From IMG/VR virus record IMGVR_UViG_3300021400_003144: a stretch of 64,000 bases of DNA; one strand, written 5' to 3'. Every line of letters starts with the position of its first letter. Position 1 is the stretch's first letter. The position numbers were made by a program, and so were the translations under genes. The stretch comes from a virus. Taxonomy: Duplodnaviria; Caudoviricetes. Shown piece after piece: positions 11,040 to 21,672 of the stretch. The notes beneath the pieces are model-generated. The model saw only the letters and a program-made list of their open reading frames with translations, was not told where the DNA came from and did no database searches.

Positions 11040-11573
11040 ATGATTTGGTTGACCAGTGATTTACATTATAATCACAATAGAGATTTTATATACAAGCCTA
11101 GAGGTTTTAATAGTGTTGGTGAAATGAATAAAGCTATATTAAAGACTTGGGATGGGCAGGTTAAAGATAATGATACGGTTTATGTACTTGGTGATTTAGC
11201 TCTGAATTTAAAGGAAGAAGAACTTAAGAAGTTTGTAGATGGTCTTAAGGGTGAAATTCATATTATTCTGGGTAATCATGATACTATAAACAGGGAGGCA
11301 GTATATAAAACTTGTAAGAACGTAGTAGAAGTAGTCTATGCTAAAGTAATTAAGTATGACAAGATAGTATTTTATTTGAGTCATTATCCAACTTTAGTAA
11401 GTAATTTAAGAGACCAGCCTAGGTATTGTTTATGCGGACATACACATACTAAGAATCCTTTAGAGCATTGGGATTTAGGGAATATAATTCATGTAGAATT
11501 AGATTCTTGGAACAATGCATTGGTTAGTATTGATGATGTAATTAAATTAATTGAAGAAAATTCAGATTTGTAA
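11040..11573 (+). CDS. Calcineurin-like metallophosphoesterase (phage-type)
   Basis: SDLH, VLGD, LGNHD, SHYP, GHTH motifs. Confidence 0.9.
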   Translation: MIWLTSDLHYNHNRDFIYKPRGFNSVGEMNKAILKTWDGQVKDNDTVYVLGDLALNLKEEELKKFVDGLKGEIHIILGNHDTINREAVYKTCKNVVEVVYAKVIKYDKIVFYLSHYPTLVSNLRDQPRYCLCGHTHTKNPLEHWDLGNIIHVELDSWNNALVSIDDVIKLIEENSDL

Positions 11574-11651
11574 TGAGTAGCATATGTAAATAAGATGATA
11601 AGCTTTATAAAAGCATATATCATATAAATAAATTTAAAGGAGTAATAAATT

Positions 11652-12452
11652 ATGAAAGCAAAGAACATTGGAGCAGTAGTTTTAACAGCAGCATTTATGG
11701 TAGCAGGTAGCATGATGAGTTTTGCAGATACAAATGGAGCAGAACTTATCAACAACTATAAGGCTAAGGTTGCCGGAGCACAGTCAGTAACTTGGAATCA
11801 GCAGGACAATATGTATGAGACACATACTAGTAATTATGATGGCACAAGTACATATAAGAATGAAGCATTTTCAACTGTGTTGTTTAACAATGGTTGCAGA
11901 TATACTCAGACAACAGGTCAGACTGGTTCAGATGTTTATGGTTATAATCAGTACAGTGTTGTAAACTATAAGCAGAAGGTTGGAGATAACATACATAATG
12001 TAGAAATGAATAACGGTGTTGTAGGTAATGTATCAGATTATCAGGATGCATTAATGAATCTGAATACACTTGATGCCGTACTTAATGTACATGGAGATGA
12101 AGTACTTACAACAGCAGTTGATGGAACTGGTAATCCTGAGTATGTGGTTTATGGTCATGTAACTAAGGATGAGTTTAGCAAGAGCGAACTTGCACTTAAT
12201 CTTGAAGAGTTAATGTATACAGCAGTTTCAGATATTGGTGATTCAGTTTGGGTAAATCCAACTTATGAAGCACACTTTGATGCAGCTACAGGTGACCTCA
12301 AGTCAATTACAGTTGATGCTTCACCAGCTTATACATACAAGGAGCAGTCAACTGCTACAGCAACTGGTGGTACAGATATAGTTGATTATGTACAGTTGTC
12401 AACATTCAATAACATAAAGTTTAATGAAGGTACCGTTGTAATGCCAGCTTAA
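11652..12452 (+). CDS. Secreted hypothetical protein
   Basis: Sec signal peptide ending SFA. Confidence 0.7.
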   Translation: MKAKNIGAVVLTAAFMVAGSMMSFADTNGAELINNYKAKVAGAQSVTWNQQDNMYETHTSNYDGTSTYKNEAFSTVLFNNGCRYTQTTGQTGSDVYGYNQYSVVNYKQKVGDNIHNVEMNNGVVGNVSDYQDALMNLNTLDAVLNVHGDEVLTTAVDGTGNPEYVVYGHVTKDEFSKSELALNLEELMYTAVSDIGDSVWVNPTYEAHFDAATGDLKSITVDASPAYTYKEQSTATATGGTDIVDYVQLSTFNNIKFNEGTVVMPA

Positions 12453-12478
12453 GTTAATAGCAGGGAGATATAGTAGAT

Positions 12479-13916
12479 ATGCGAAAGATTATTAAATCAG
12501 TAGCAGTATTAACATTAATGACATCTGTAGTAGCTTGTGGTAAAGCTACTACAGATGCAGGAATAGCTAAAGATAAGGGAATAGCTGAGGTAAACACTGA
12601 AGTATCATCAGATGATAAAAGTGAATCAGATGATAAAAATGTAGAAGCAGCTAAAGGTTCCATTGCAGAGCAGGTAACTGTTACTAAAGACTCTGATATG
12701 TATGAAGCCAGAGAGATAGATACAAAAATAACATTTGATGAGTCTGAGAAAAAGCATATACTTGATAACTTATCTGTTGATACATTTGATGATACCTTTG
12801 AAGTAGTTGATGCATTTTGGGGTAACAGCAGTATATCAGGATTAACATTAATGGTTAAGAATAAGCTTGATAGACCTGTGTATATTTGCAGTAAAACTAC
12901 AGGATACACAGGAGATAAGTTCACAGGGTCACATCTGGAGTATAGTAGTCATCCTGCTATTATAGATGCTGGTGAAGTACTTCCAGTATCTATTGGAAGT
13001 TTAAGTTTGGAGTATTTTGGTAAGCCAGACACTATAAAAGTAGAATTACTCAGGGAAGTAGCAGGATTAATGTTTGATGGTCTTACATATAAACCATTAA
13101 GTGAGGAAGATTATACTTTTGAAAAAGGTGAGTTAAATAGTAAGAAATTAAAGAATGGTAAGACTAAATATAGCTGTGAAGTAAACTACAAGCTTAACGG
13201 ATTATCCGATGCTGATATTGAAGGGTATATATGTGGTATTTAAAAAGAATGGAAAGCCAGTATACTCAGAGGATTCACATGTATATAAGCAGTCAGATAC
13301 ATTCAAGTTTAATTTTAATACTGAATATGATGTAGACGACTATGATGTATATTTCTCTTTATATTCTATATATGATGATAATGATAAAGTATCAGAGTAT
13401 AATAATGAAGATTTATTAGCTCTTAAGGATAAGTTAGGTACTCTTGAGGAATGTAAAGATTACATAAGTGATGATGGTCTAATCAAGGTTAGATTGGAAA
13501 GGGCTACAGATCCAGGTTATAGTACTGATTATTTACTATCTATAGAAAATATAGGTAACATTGTAGTTGATACTGATATATTTATAAATGATGATTATAT
13601 CAGTGTGGATGGGCTTAGACATGGGGATGTTGTTCACAGAGCATCAACTATACGTGAAGATGATCTTGACAGCTCTTTAAATGGATTAATGCTATTAGGT
13701 TTTAATAATAAAATAGTAGACCTTAGAAAAGTTGATGGTGATAATCAGTATAATATAGTAGATATACCTGATGAGAATAAAGAACTGGTGCAGGATGATA
13801 GTTTAGCAGATGACGAACAGGTGGTATACAAGTTTAAAGATTATAATGCAGACTACAAATATATAGTTTATTTAACTAGTGAAAAACCTGATAGTATTTA
13901 TAGCACTGATTTGTGA
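12479..13916 (+). pseudogene. Lipoprotein gene apparently split by a frameshift (12479-13243 and 13209-13916)
   Basis: Lipobox VVAC; the two ORFs overlap at GGGTATATATG (13223-13233) and fuse by removing 1 nt or adding TA; the second ORF has no RBS. Confidence 0.55.
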
Positions 13917-13962
13917 GGATTAACAAGGAAGTTAATACGAAAAGGAGTAGTAGAAAAAGACA

Positions 13963-16710
13963 ATGAAATTAACGATTAAGAACAAATTATTATTTTTCCT
14001 GACCTGTGCTGCAATGTCGCTATGGGCAAGTCAGGCATATGCGAAAGATGCAGGCGGATTTTCAGTATATGTATCACAGATAGAACGGCCAAGTGGTTTC
14101 GATAACTGTTATATATGTTTGGAATCATCTAATCTATCACGAATTAACGAAGGAATGTACATTCCTTCAGTGACGTATTCCGTGTTCAAACAAGATGGTA
14201 CTTTTGTAAAATCGTATACATCAAGCCAGTATCAAAGTCAGGTGACGAACAGTTCAGAAGATCTGGAATATGGCGATTATTATATGGAAATCACAGACTT
14301 GCCAAGCCCGTATTATGTTCCGAAAGATTCATCAGGGAAACCTTTAAGATATGAGTTTACGGTTTCGGAAGATAATAAGGTTCCATATATATATGCGAAG
14401 GCAGGTATTAAAACAGGATTGATTAACCTTAAGGCATTGCCTCCCGATAAAAATGAATACGTGTATTTTTATAACGGCGGAAATGGAGCACGTACCACTG
14501 ATAATCTTCGGGATAAATTATATTGGACAGGTTATGATTTAGGTTCACACGATTTCAGAATTATGTTTTCAAATGATATGGATCCAAACTATATAGGAGG
14601 AGTACCAGGTTCTAACGCTCCTACGCCACTGACAATTACTGTTACTGATCCTCATCCCGGCGACATATATAACAAATATCTGGATGTAGAAGCAAGTGAT
14701 TGGTCCAAACTAGGTTTCAATTTAAAAGATATAAGAAAAACATATAATCCTCGTGTAAAAATAAAACATAATGATGAACAGCCGATAGGTACATTTTCAT
14801 TATACAAATATGGTCGAAAAATCGCAGATTGTACACCGGAGAAGGTCTCGTGGGGTACATCAAAAATGACAGAATATTTGCTAAACTTTTCTGAAGCTGG
14901 TCTCTTGTTCAACAGAGATGATATAAGAGAAAAAAATAAATATTATATAGTTCAAAATGTACCGGAAGGTTATGATGAATACACATTCGACACAGAGAGG
15001 AAATATCTTAATATAGACGTCACACTAAATAATGACGAACTTGAGATAAAATGTGAAGATGAATTTGAAATTAATAACCCTCTAAGTGAGATAGATATAA
15101 CCCTCACAAAAACAGCATGGTGGCTCAATGGCATTATAAGCAGTAATGATGAAGTTGTATTATTAAATGAGAATGGCGATGAGCTTGCAAGAACAAAGCC
15201 TGATAAAGATGGTTATTTAAAATGGAATGTGCATTTTACTAAAGATGATATTGGAGAACATACATATTCCTATAAACCAATACCGACAGAAGAAAATAAC
15301 TATAACGAAAGGGAGGCAGATTGGCCTGTAAAAATAGAATTAGGTGAAGATAAGGATGGTAATCTGATAAAAAAACCTGAAACTGACGCATACGCTACAA
15401 ATATGAGCGCTATAATCCCACTTAGGATAAAGGAAACGTTTCCGGCAGGAAAGTACGCACTATATCCAAAAGGAGCATCAGAATCTAGTATAAACCGAAG
15501 GATTATAGAAACTGATGAAAATGGTATATTCGATACAGGATATCTGTTTATTTCAAAATCAGTGAATCATGACAAAGGTGCAGAATATGAATTTGAGTAT
15601 TGTATTAAACAGATATCTACAGAAGATGGTTCGGAACCTGATGAAGAAGAAAAAGAAATTGTTTTAAAAGTAACAATAGAGGACGTGAGAGTTAATAAAG
15701 AAATAAGCACATATAAGGGAGAATTTATAAATCTTGATAAGATAACATTCAATAATGCACCGGCATCGTATGATCTTGTATTAGAGATTCCTGTCGAGAC
15801 ACATAAGGCACCAACAAATAATTTTATCCTTGTAACTGATGATGGTATCGAGCTTGGTGAGTCAAATGTGAAGGATGGCAAATTAAAATTTAACATCACA
15901 CTATCAAAGGATGAGCTTGGTGAGCATACTTTCTATATCTATCAGCTGGATGATGATATCGAAGGATACGAGCTAGATACATCACTACTAGAAGTGAATG
16001 TAAATATCACAAAAGAAAACACCAGAAAAAGCGGAGATGGAGCGAAAATCAATACTGCTGTAACAAATGCACCTATTGAGATAAAAAATGTAAAGCTTGA
16101 AAAGGCATCGTCATCCGAAATACCTAAAAAGAAGAACAATGCAAGTGATATAAAGGCGGATGAGAATAAGACAAATTCAAGCAATGCTGTGATTGGACTT
16201 CAAAATGAGAATGGTAAATCTTTAGAAAATGCAAACAAAGCAGCAGAGGAAGATGTATCAAAAGATAAGGATAAAGCAGCAGAGGCTGAAAAGAAAGTTC
16301 AGAAGAACGAGACATCGGATGATGACGATAATGAAGAAACATGGGATGGCGACTGGATTCTTCAGCCAGATAAGGTTCATTGGAAGTTCAGATTGTATCC
16401 ATCGCCAAGCAATAAATATGTATACGACTGTGATAAAACACTTCCTGTTCACGGAAGATATGGAGAGTATTTCGACTATCATTTCGATAAAGAAGGATAT
16501 ATGGTCACCGGATGGTATTATAATCGCGACAAAAAGAAGTGGTTTTACTACGATACAGACGGAGCAAAGGTATACGGCTGGAAGAAAATTAATGAAAAGT
16601 GGTATTTCTTCAATAATGATAAGAATAGTACATACAGAGGAGAAATGTTCGAAAATTGCAGTGTGAATGGCTATAAGCTTGGAGCAGATGGAGCTCTTAT
16701 TGAAAATTAA
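13963..16710 (+). CDS. Secreted surface protein with Ig/prealbumin-like domains and C-terminal cell-wall (choline-binding-type) repeats
   Basis: Signal peptide ending AYA; twice F.....D.GEHT.Y; C-terminal MVTGWY, KWFYY, YGWKKINEKWYFF and GYKLGADGALI. Confidence 0.75.
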   Translation: MKLTIKNKLLFFLTCAAMSLWASQAYAKDAGGFSVYVSQIERPSGFDNCYICLESSNLSRINEGMYIPSVTYSVFKQDGTFVKSYTSSQYQSQVTNSSEDLEYGDYYMEITDLPSPYYVPKDSSGKPLRYEFTVSEDNKVPYIYAKAGIKTGLINLKALPPDKNEYVYFYNGGNGARTTDNLRDKLYWTGYDLGSHDFRIMFSNDMDPNYIGGVPGSNAPTPLTITVTDPHPGDIYNKYLDVEASDWSKLGFNLKDIRKTYNPRVKIKHNDEQPIGTFSLYKYGRKIADCTPEKVSWGTSKMTEYLLNFSEAGLLFNRDDIREKNKYYIVQNVPEGYDEYTFDTERKYLNIDVTLNNDELEIKCEDEFEINNPLSEIDITLTKTAWWLNGIISSNDEVVLLNENGDELARTKPDKDGYLKWNVHFTKDDIGEHTYSYKPIPTEENNYNEREADWPVKIELGEDKDGNLIKKPETDAYATNMSAIIPLRIKETFPAGKYALYPKGASESSINRRIIETDENGIFDTGYLFISKSVNHDKGAEYEFEYCIKQISTEDGSEPDEEEKEIVLKVTIEDVRVNKEISTYKGEFINLDKITFNNAPASYDLVLEIPVETHKAPTNNFILVTDDGIELGESNVKDGKLKFNITLSKDELGEHTFYIYQLDDDIEGYELDTSLLEVNVNITKENTRKSGDGAKINTAVTNAPIEIKNVKLEKASSSEIPKKKNNASDIKADENKTNSSNAVIGLQNENGKSLENANKAAEEDVSKDKDKAAEAEKKVQKNETSDDDDNEETWDGDWILQPDKVHWKFRLYPSPSNKYVYDCDKTLPVHGRYGEYFDYHFDKEGYMVTGWYYNRDKKKWFYYDTDGAKVYGWKKINEKWYFFNNDKNSTYRGEMFENCSVNGYKLGADGALIEN

Positions 16711-16748
16711 AAGAGATTATAGGGCACACAAGAAAGGTAAATGTTTTT

Positions 16749-17579
16749 ATGAGCTATGAAGTAAAAAATTTTGCACAGGCAGCAGCAGGATTCACCACTG
16801 ACAACGACGACATCAAGATCACAGAGCATGGAGGACCGTTCAGTGTAATCGAGTACGCAAGGGATCTTTCGGTAGGACCGTATACTGCCGAGACTATGTT
16901 CTTTGCATCTAAGATGGGAGTGCATAAGAGACAGGTGGTTTGTGACCTTTCAAAGGGTTCTGTCACTGTACAGGCAGGTGCAATGCAGTGGATGCTTGGA
17001 AATGTAAATGCTTCATCTGGTATTAAGGGTGCAGGTGACCTTATTGGAAAGATGTTTAATGCTAAGGTTACTGGCGAGACAGCTGTTAAACCTGAATATA
17101 ATGGAACTGGTACACTGGTATTAGAGCCTACATACAGACACTTGTTAATACTGAACACAAGAGAGTTTGGTGGAGCTATGGTACTTGATGATGGAATGTT
17201 TCTTGCATGTCAGTCAAATTTAAAATTGCAGACAGTGATGAGGTCAAACTTATCAAGTGCAGTTGCTGGTGGAGAAGGTTTGTTTAACCTTTGTTTAGTA
17301 GGGGATGGATTTGCAGTATGCGAGTCTAATGTACCTAGAGAGGAACTTATAGAAATTGAACTAAATAATGATGAGCTTAAGGTTGATGGAAACTTTGCAG
17401 TAGCTTGGTCACATACACTTCAATTTACAGTTGAGAAGTCAACTAAGAGTATTATAGGTTCAATAGCTAGTGGAGAAGGCTTAGTAAATGTTTACAGAGG
17501 AACTGGAAAAGTTCTTTTAGCTCCTGTAGGTGGGCAGGCAACAAGTTATGCTAGCAATAAAGGTACAATTCATAACTAA
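16749..17579 (+). CDS. AIM24 (DUF124) family protein
   Basis: QAGAMQW, LDDGMFLAC, GGEGLFN, VDGNFAVAW, SGEGLVNVYRGTGKV. Confidence 0.85.
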   Translation: MSYEVKNFAQAAAGFTTDNDDIKITEHGGPFSVIEYARDLSVGPYTAETMFFASKMGVHKRQVVCDLSKGSVTVQAGAMQWMLGNVNASSGIKGAGDLIGKMFNAKVTGETAVKPEYNGTGTLVLEPTYRHLLILNTREFGGAMVLDDGMFLACQSNLKLQTVMRSNLSSAVAGGEGLFNLCLVGDGFAVCESNVPREELIEIELNNDELKVDGNFAVAWSHTLQFTVEKSTKSIIGSIASGEGLVNVYRGTGKVLLAPVGGQATSYASNKGTIHN

Positions 17580-17612
17580 AAATTTTTAAGTTTAAAGGAG
17601 AGTAAGCAGCTA

Positions 17613-18767
17613 ATGGGAAGAGCAGGAGGCGGTAGTTCAGGTGGTGGACACTCATTTGGAGGTGGACATTCATTTGGTGGAAGCAGAGCAGGCGGACACA
17701 CATTTGGAGGAAGCAGTAGAGCAGGGTCTGGAAGTCATAGGTCAACATCAAGTAGCTTTAGTGGATTTAGCAGTTCATCAAGTAGTCATCATAGCAATGA
17801 TAGTTTATTAGGTGAGGTTGCTAGAGGGGCTGCTAGAGAAGTTGGCAGGCAGATGATTAGAAACAGTACAAGTTCAAGACACTATAACAATTATGGTTCT
17901 GGCTATGGTTATGGCGGAATGGGTGGAATGTCTTTTGGAGGCTCTGGTTATGAAACAACATCCAGAAGAGATGAAGGTGGACTTGTTGGAGCAATAGTAA
18001 ATCTTATTGTATTTGTAATTATAGCAGTTGTAGCATTTGGTATTTTTAGTAGAGCTAATGGTTCTGATATAAAAAGTACAATTCAGAGAGAAAAGCTAAC
18101 TGGAACAAGCTATAATGCTAATAGCGTTGTTGTTGGAGATGAGCTTGGATATATTGATTCAACATCAGAGCTTGGTAAGGAACTTAAAGAGTTTTATACT
18201 GATACAGGTGTTCAGCCTTATATCTATATTAAGGGTTATGACCCAAGCTTAACTAGTAACACTGATAAAACAAATTGGGCACAGCAGTTCTATGATAGTC
18301 AGATAAATGATACAAATGGATTTATGTTTATCTATTTTGGTTCAGCTGATGATGTAAATAATAGTATACCAGACTCTCAGAAGGATATAGGGTACATGTC
18401 ATATGTAGTTGGTGGTGCAGCTGGTTCAGTTATGGACGAAGAAGCTTGTGAGATATTCTGGAGTTATGTTGATAGATACTGGACATCAGATATGTCAACT
18501 GAGGATATGTTTGGTACAGTCTTTAGTAAAACAGCTAATTCTATTATGAAAGTTGATAAGACTGATAAGCAAACAGGAATGACAATGGTAATAGTTCTTG
18601 CAGGCTTAGGTATTGGAATTGTAGCAGTAGTATTAATTACTAAGAAGTTTAAGAGAGATAAAGAAAAGGCTGCTGAGACAGAGAGAATACTTAATTCAAA
18701 TATTGATACACTTTCAAATGAAGCTAACAGTGCTTCAAATGATGATACAGTTAACAAATACCTATAG
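17613..18767 (+). CDS. Membrane protein with Gly/Ser-rich N terminus and TPM-like extracellular domain
   Basis: GGGHSF repeats; two TM helices flanking L..FY..TGVQPYIY. Confidence 0.6.
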   Translation: MGRAGGGSSGGGHSFGGGHSFGGSRAGGHTFGGSSRAGSGSHRSTSSSFSGFSSSSSSHHSNDSLLGEVARGAAREVGRQMIRNSTSSRHYNNYGSGYGYGGMGGMSFGGSGYETTSRRDEGGLVGAIVNLIVFVIIAVVAFGIFSRANGSDIKSTIQREKLTGTSYNANSVVVGDELGYIDSTSELGKELKEFYTDTGVQPYIYIKGYDPSLTSNTDKTNWAQQFYDSQINDTNGFMFIYFGSADDVNNSIPDSQKDIGYMSYVVGGAAGSVMDEEACEIFWSYVDRYWTSDMSTEDMFGTVFSKTANSIMKVDKTDKQTGMTMVIVLAGLGIGIVAVVLITKKFKRDKEKAAETERILNSNIDTLSNEANSASNDDTVNKYL

Positions 18768-18828
18768 TAGCTAATAAATAGTATAGGTATATAAATAAAA
18801 TTTTTAAAGATTAAGGAGAGTAACAATT

Positions 18829-19503
18829 ATGTCAATTTTATCACGTTTTTCATCAATTATGGCTTCAAACATTAATGCAGTTCTTGACAAGATGGAGGAT
18901 CCATCTAAGATGATTGACCAGAATCTTAGAGAGCTGAGAGAGAATCTTGCAGAAGTTAAGAAAGAGACAGCTGGTGTTATGGCTGATGAGAAGCAGGCGT
19001 CTAGAAAGCTTCAGGAGTGCAAGGATAACATTGCAACTTGTGAGAAGGCAGCTAAGAACGCATTGGTAGCTGGAAATGAGAATGATGCTCGTAAGATTAT
19101 TGAGAAGAAGGCTACATATGAAGCTAATCTTGACGGTTTACAGAAAACATATGATGCAGCTAAGGCTAATGCAGATAAGATGAGACAGATGCATGACAAG
19201 CTTGCTAATGATATTGCATCACTTGAAGCAAGAAAGGATTCTATCAAGGGCAAGATTGCAGTAGCTAAGGCTCAGGATAGAGTAAACAAGATGACATCTG
19301 GTGCAAGTAAGGCTAATGCATCTATTGAGTCTTTCAATAAGTGGGAGGCTAAGGCTGACAAGATGCTTGACCAGGCAAATGCTGAGGCTGAGCTTGAGGC
19401 TGGACTTCATGCAGATGATGATTTAGTTGGAAAGTATGCTACATCATCTAGTGCAGATACAGAGTCTGAGCTTGAGAGAATGAAGAAAGAGCTTGGTCTG
19501 TAA
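18829..19503 (+). CDS. pspA: PspA/IM30 family protein
   Basis: MSILSRF...NINAVLDKMEDPSKMIDQ, coiled coil, ELERMKKELG end. Confidence 0.92.
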   Translation: MSILSRFSSIMASNINAVLDKMEDPSKMIDQNLRELRENLAEVKKETAGVMADEKQASRKLQECKDNIATCEKAAKNALVAGNENDARKIIEKKATYEANLDGLQKTYDAAKANADKMRQMHDKLANDIASLEARKDSIKGKIAVAKAQDRVNKMTSGASKANASIESFNKWEAKADKMLDQANAEAELEAGLHADDDLVGKYATSSSADTESELERMKKELGL

Positions 19504-19525
19504 AAAGGTTAAATAAGTTATATCA

Positions 19526-19559
19526 ATCCCTTGTAATATAAGTTACAAGGGATATTTTT
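19526..19559 (+). terminator. Rho-independent terminator
   Basis: ATCCCTTGTAA / TTACAAGGGAT plus T run. Confidence 0.8.
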
Positions 19560-19710
19560 ATGCTTTGAGACTAGGGCAATGAGTGTAGCAACAAATAATA
19601 GAGATAGTGAAATGGAATTTAAAGTATTAGGAAAGATAAAGTAGCATAATAAAATTTAATGGAATAATTGAGTTTTATATATGAATCTTGATAATAGTAT
19701 ATGTTAAAAG

Positions 19711-20406
19711 ATGATTTTTATGGAGGGCTATATGGGTAATGTAGTATATTCTATAAGGCACAAGGATTCACTAAATTATGAGCTGAGTGATTTCACGTGC
19801 TATGTAGAAAATTTGGATGAGTTTGAAAGATTATGGTTACGAGAGGAAAGAGATATAGAGGCAATAGCTGACTATTATAAATCTAAGCTTACTCTTAATA
19901 AAAAGAAAAGGTCAGATGATGAAATTCTTAAGAAGCATGATTATGAGATTGTATCATCTGAATTGTTCTATTATTATGATAAAACCCTTAATTTTGCTGA
20001 TGAGGGTGAGAATGATTTCTTAGTACATTTTGAGGGTCTTGAGATAGAAATAAGGGTTATCAGAGTTGATGATGCTTATAAGTTGGTCTATGATTATTGG
20101 GGAAAGGGAGTAAGTGTAATAAATACTCTTGATAAAGATAGGAAGCATAGTTATGAACCTTTAAAGTATCGTGGAAACAGTGTGATTTGGTGTAATATGC
20201 CTGAAATAGACTGGAGGTTTGCAGAGAAGAGCAAGAAGTATGATAAATATACAATGAAGAGAAAGTTCTTTGAGCACTCATCTGTAGGTAGTTTTGTATG
20301 GCTTGTGCTAAATGACAAGGTAAGTAAGGATTATAAGATTGCAAGTCCTGATGATGCAGCTCTTGTAAGTATGATGGCTGATGTAAAGGGTGCACCTGTT
20401 CAGTAG
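19711..20406 (+). CDS. Hypothetical protein
   Basis: 231 aa ORF; likely start at ATG 19732 after GGAGG. Confidence 0.65.
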   Translation: MIFMEGYMGNVVYSIRHKDSLNYELSDFTCYVENLDEFERLWLREERDIEAIADYYKSKLTLNKKKRSDDEILKKHDYEIVSSELFYYYDKTLNFADEGENDFLVHFEGLEIEIRVIRVDDAYKLVYDYWGKGVSVINTLDKDRKHSYEPLKYRGNSVIWCNMPEIDWRFAEKSKKYDKYTMKRKFFEHSSVGSFVWLVLNDKVSKDYKIASPDDAALVSMMADVKGAPVQ

Positions 20407-20429
20407 TTTAGAAAGATAGGCAGGGTGCT

Positions 20430-20872
20430 ATGATTAGTTTGATTGAAGTAAACAAAAAAATGATTCAGAAGATAATAAGCCAGCATATGATGGAGACTGG
20501 TTTAATCTTGAGGGTAAGAACATAAACTCTAAGGAATCTAAATCAGGCGGAGCTAAATTTAAGATTTGGCAAACAAACTTGTACATTAGGGATGAGAAAC
20601 GAACATTGCCAATACATGGTAGGTCAGGATATTACAGAACTTACTTGTTTGACCACAACGGTGAACTTGTGTATGGCTGGTATAAGGATAAGAAAACACA
20701 TAAATGGCACTATTTTAATGAAGATGGTGCAGAAGTTTATGGCTGGCAATTCATTAATAACAAATGGTACTTCTTCAATGATGATATGACAAGCATTGAT
20801 AGAGGTGAAATGCTCAGTAACTGTAACTATAAAGGCTATAAGTTAGGAGAAGATGGTGCATTAATTGGGTAA
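20430..20872 (+). pseudogene. Stand-alone cell-wall-binding repeat module, paralogue of the C terminus of 13963-16710; frameshifted at an A7 run
   Basis: Frame open from about 20459 encodes YDGDW...TLPIHGR...GWY...KWYFFN...RGEM...GYKLGEDGALI; ATG 20430 joins it if the A run at 20454-20460 gains one base. Confidence 0.6.
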
Positions 20873-20879
20873 TTGGTTT

Positions 20880-20916
20880 AATAAAAGTGCTTAGAAATAA
20901 GCACTTTTATTTTTTT
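20880..20916 (+). terminator. Rho-independent terminator
   Basis: ATAAAAGTGCTTA / TAAGCACTTTTAT plus T run. Confidence 0.8.
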
Positions 20917-21101
20917 GAACTATAAGATTTTTACAAAATCAGTTAAATCAGCAGATATAAAGGCGGATGTGCAGAATTGTGTTTAATGATGAAATTAAAA
21001 GTTTGTGCGGAATGGCAAAGGAGTTTATTAAATAAGCCAGTTCCATTTGTAAGTATCAAGCCTATTTTTATAGATAGACCTGAGTGTATAAGGAGGAATC
21101 T

Positions 21102-21672
21102 ATGAGACATTACAATGCTGAAAACAATCCAAGCTATAGAACTTCTAAGGAAGAACAGAAGTACATAGTTGAAAATATGGAGTACCTGTATACAAATGAT
21201 TTGGGCACAAGTAAATATATTGGGTGCAATATTGATGTTTGCATTTACTGATGTACTTGTGTTATTTGGAATGAATGCACCAAGTAGCTTAGCTGGAGCA
21301 GGTAGAACTATTCTGACTATTCTACTTATACTGTATGTACCATTAATACTCTTATTTCTATTTATTATGAGCAATGCATCAAAGATATATACACCAATAG
21401 ATAATATGCAAAACCCTAAAAAAGAGAGAAAGTACAGATGGTTTTATGGAATTATCTTTAATGATGAAAAGGAAGAGTTTAATAAGTGGATGAAGTCCTA
21501 TTTAAACACTTGTGAGGTATCATTAAATGAACATGATTATATCTATTTTGATAGACCTAATTACAGTGTAAAAGATAGAAGTACAGAGTTAAATAATACT
21601 AAAACAGATAATACAGATTTAAAAACTTATAATAAAGATAATGAAACGGATTTTAGAGTATGGACAGAGTAA
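21102..21672 (+). pseudogene. Two-TM membrane protein, probably frameshifted near 21215-21225
   Basis: Perfect AAGGAGG RBS and ATG 21102 open a 49 aa frame (stop 21251) overlapping the RBS-less ORF 21169-21672. Confidence 0.5.

Noticed and set aside
19523-19553. CAATCCCTTGTAATA resembling the CRISPR repeat
   Set aside because: It is one arm of the pspA terminator and lacks the GAACCCT...AGGGATTG layout
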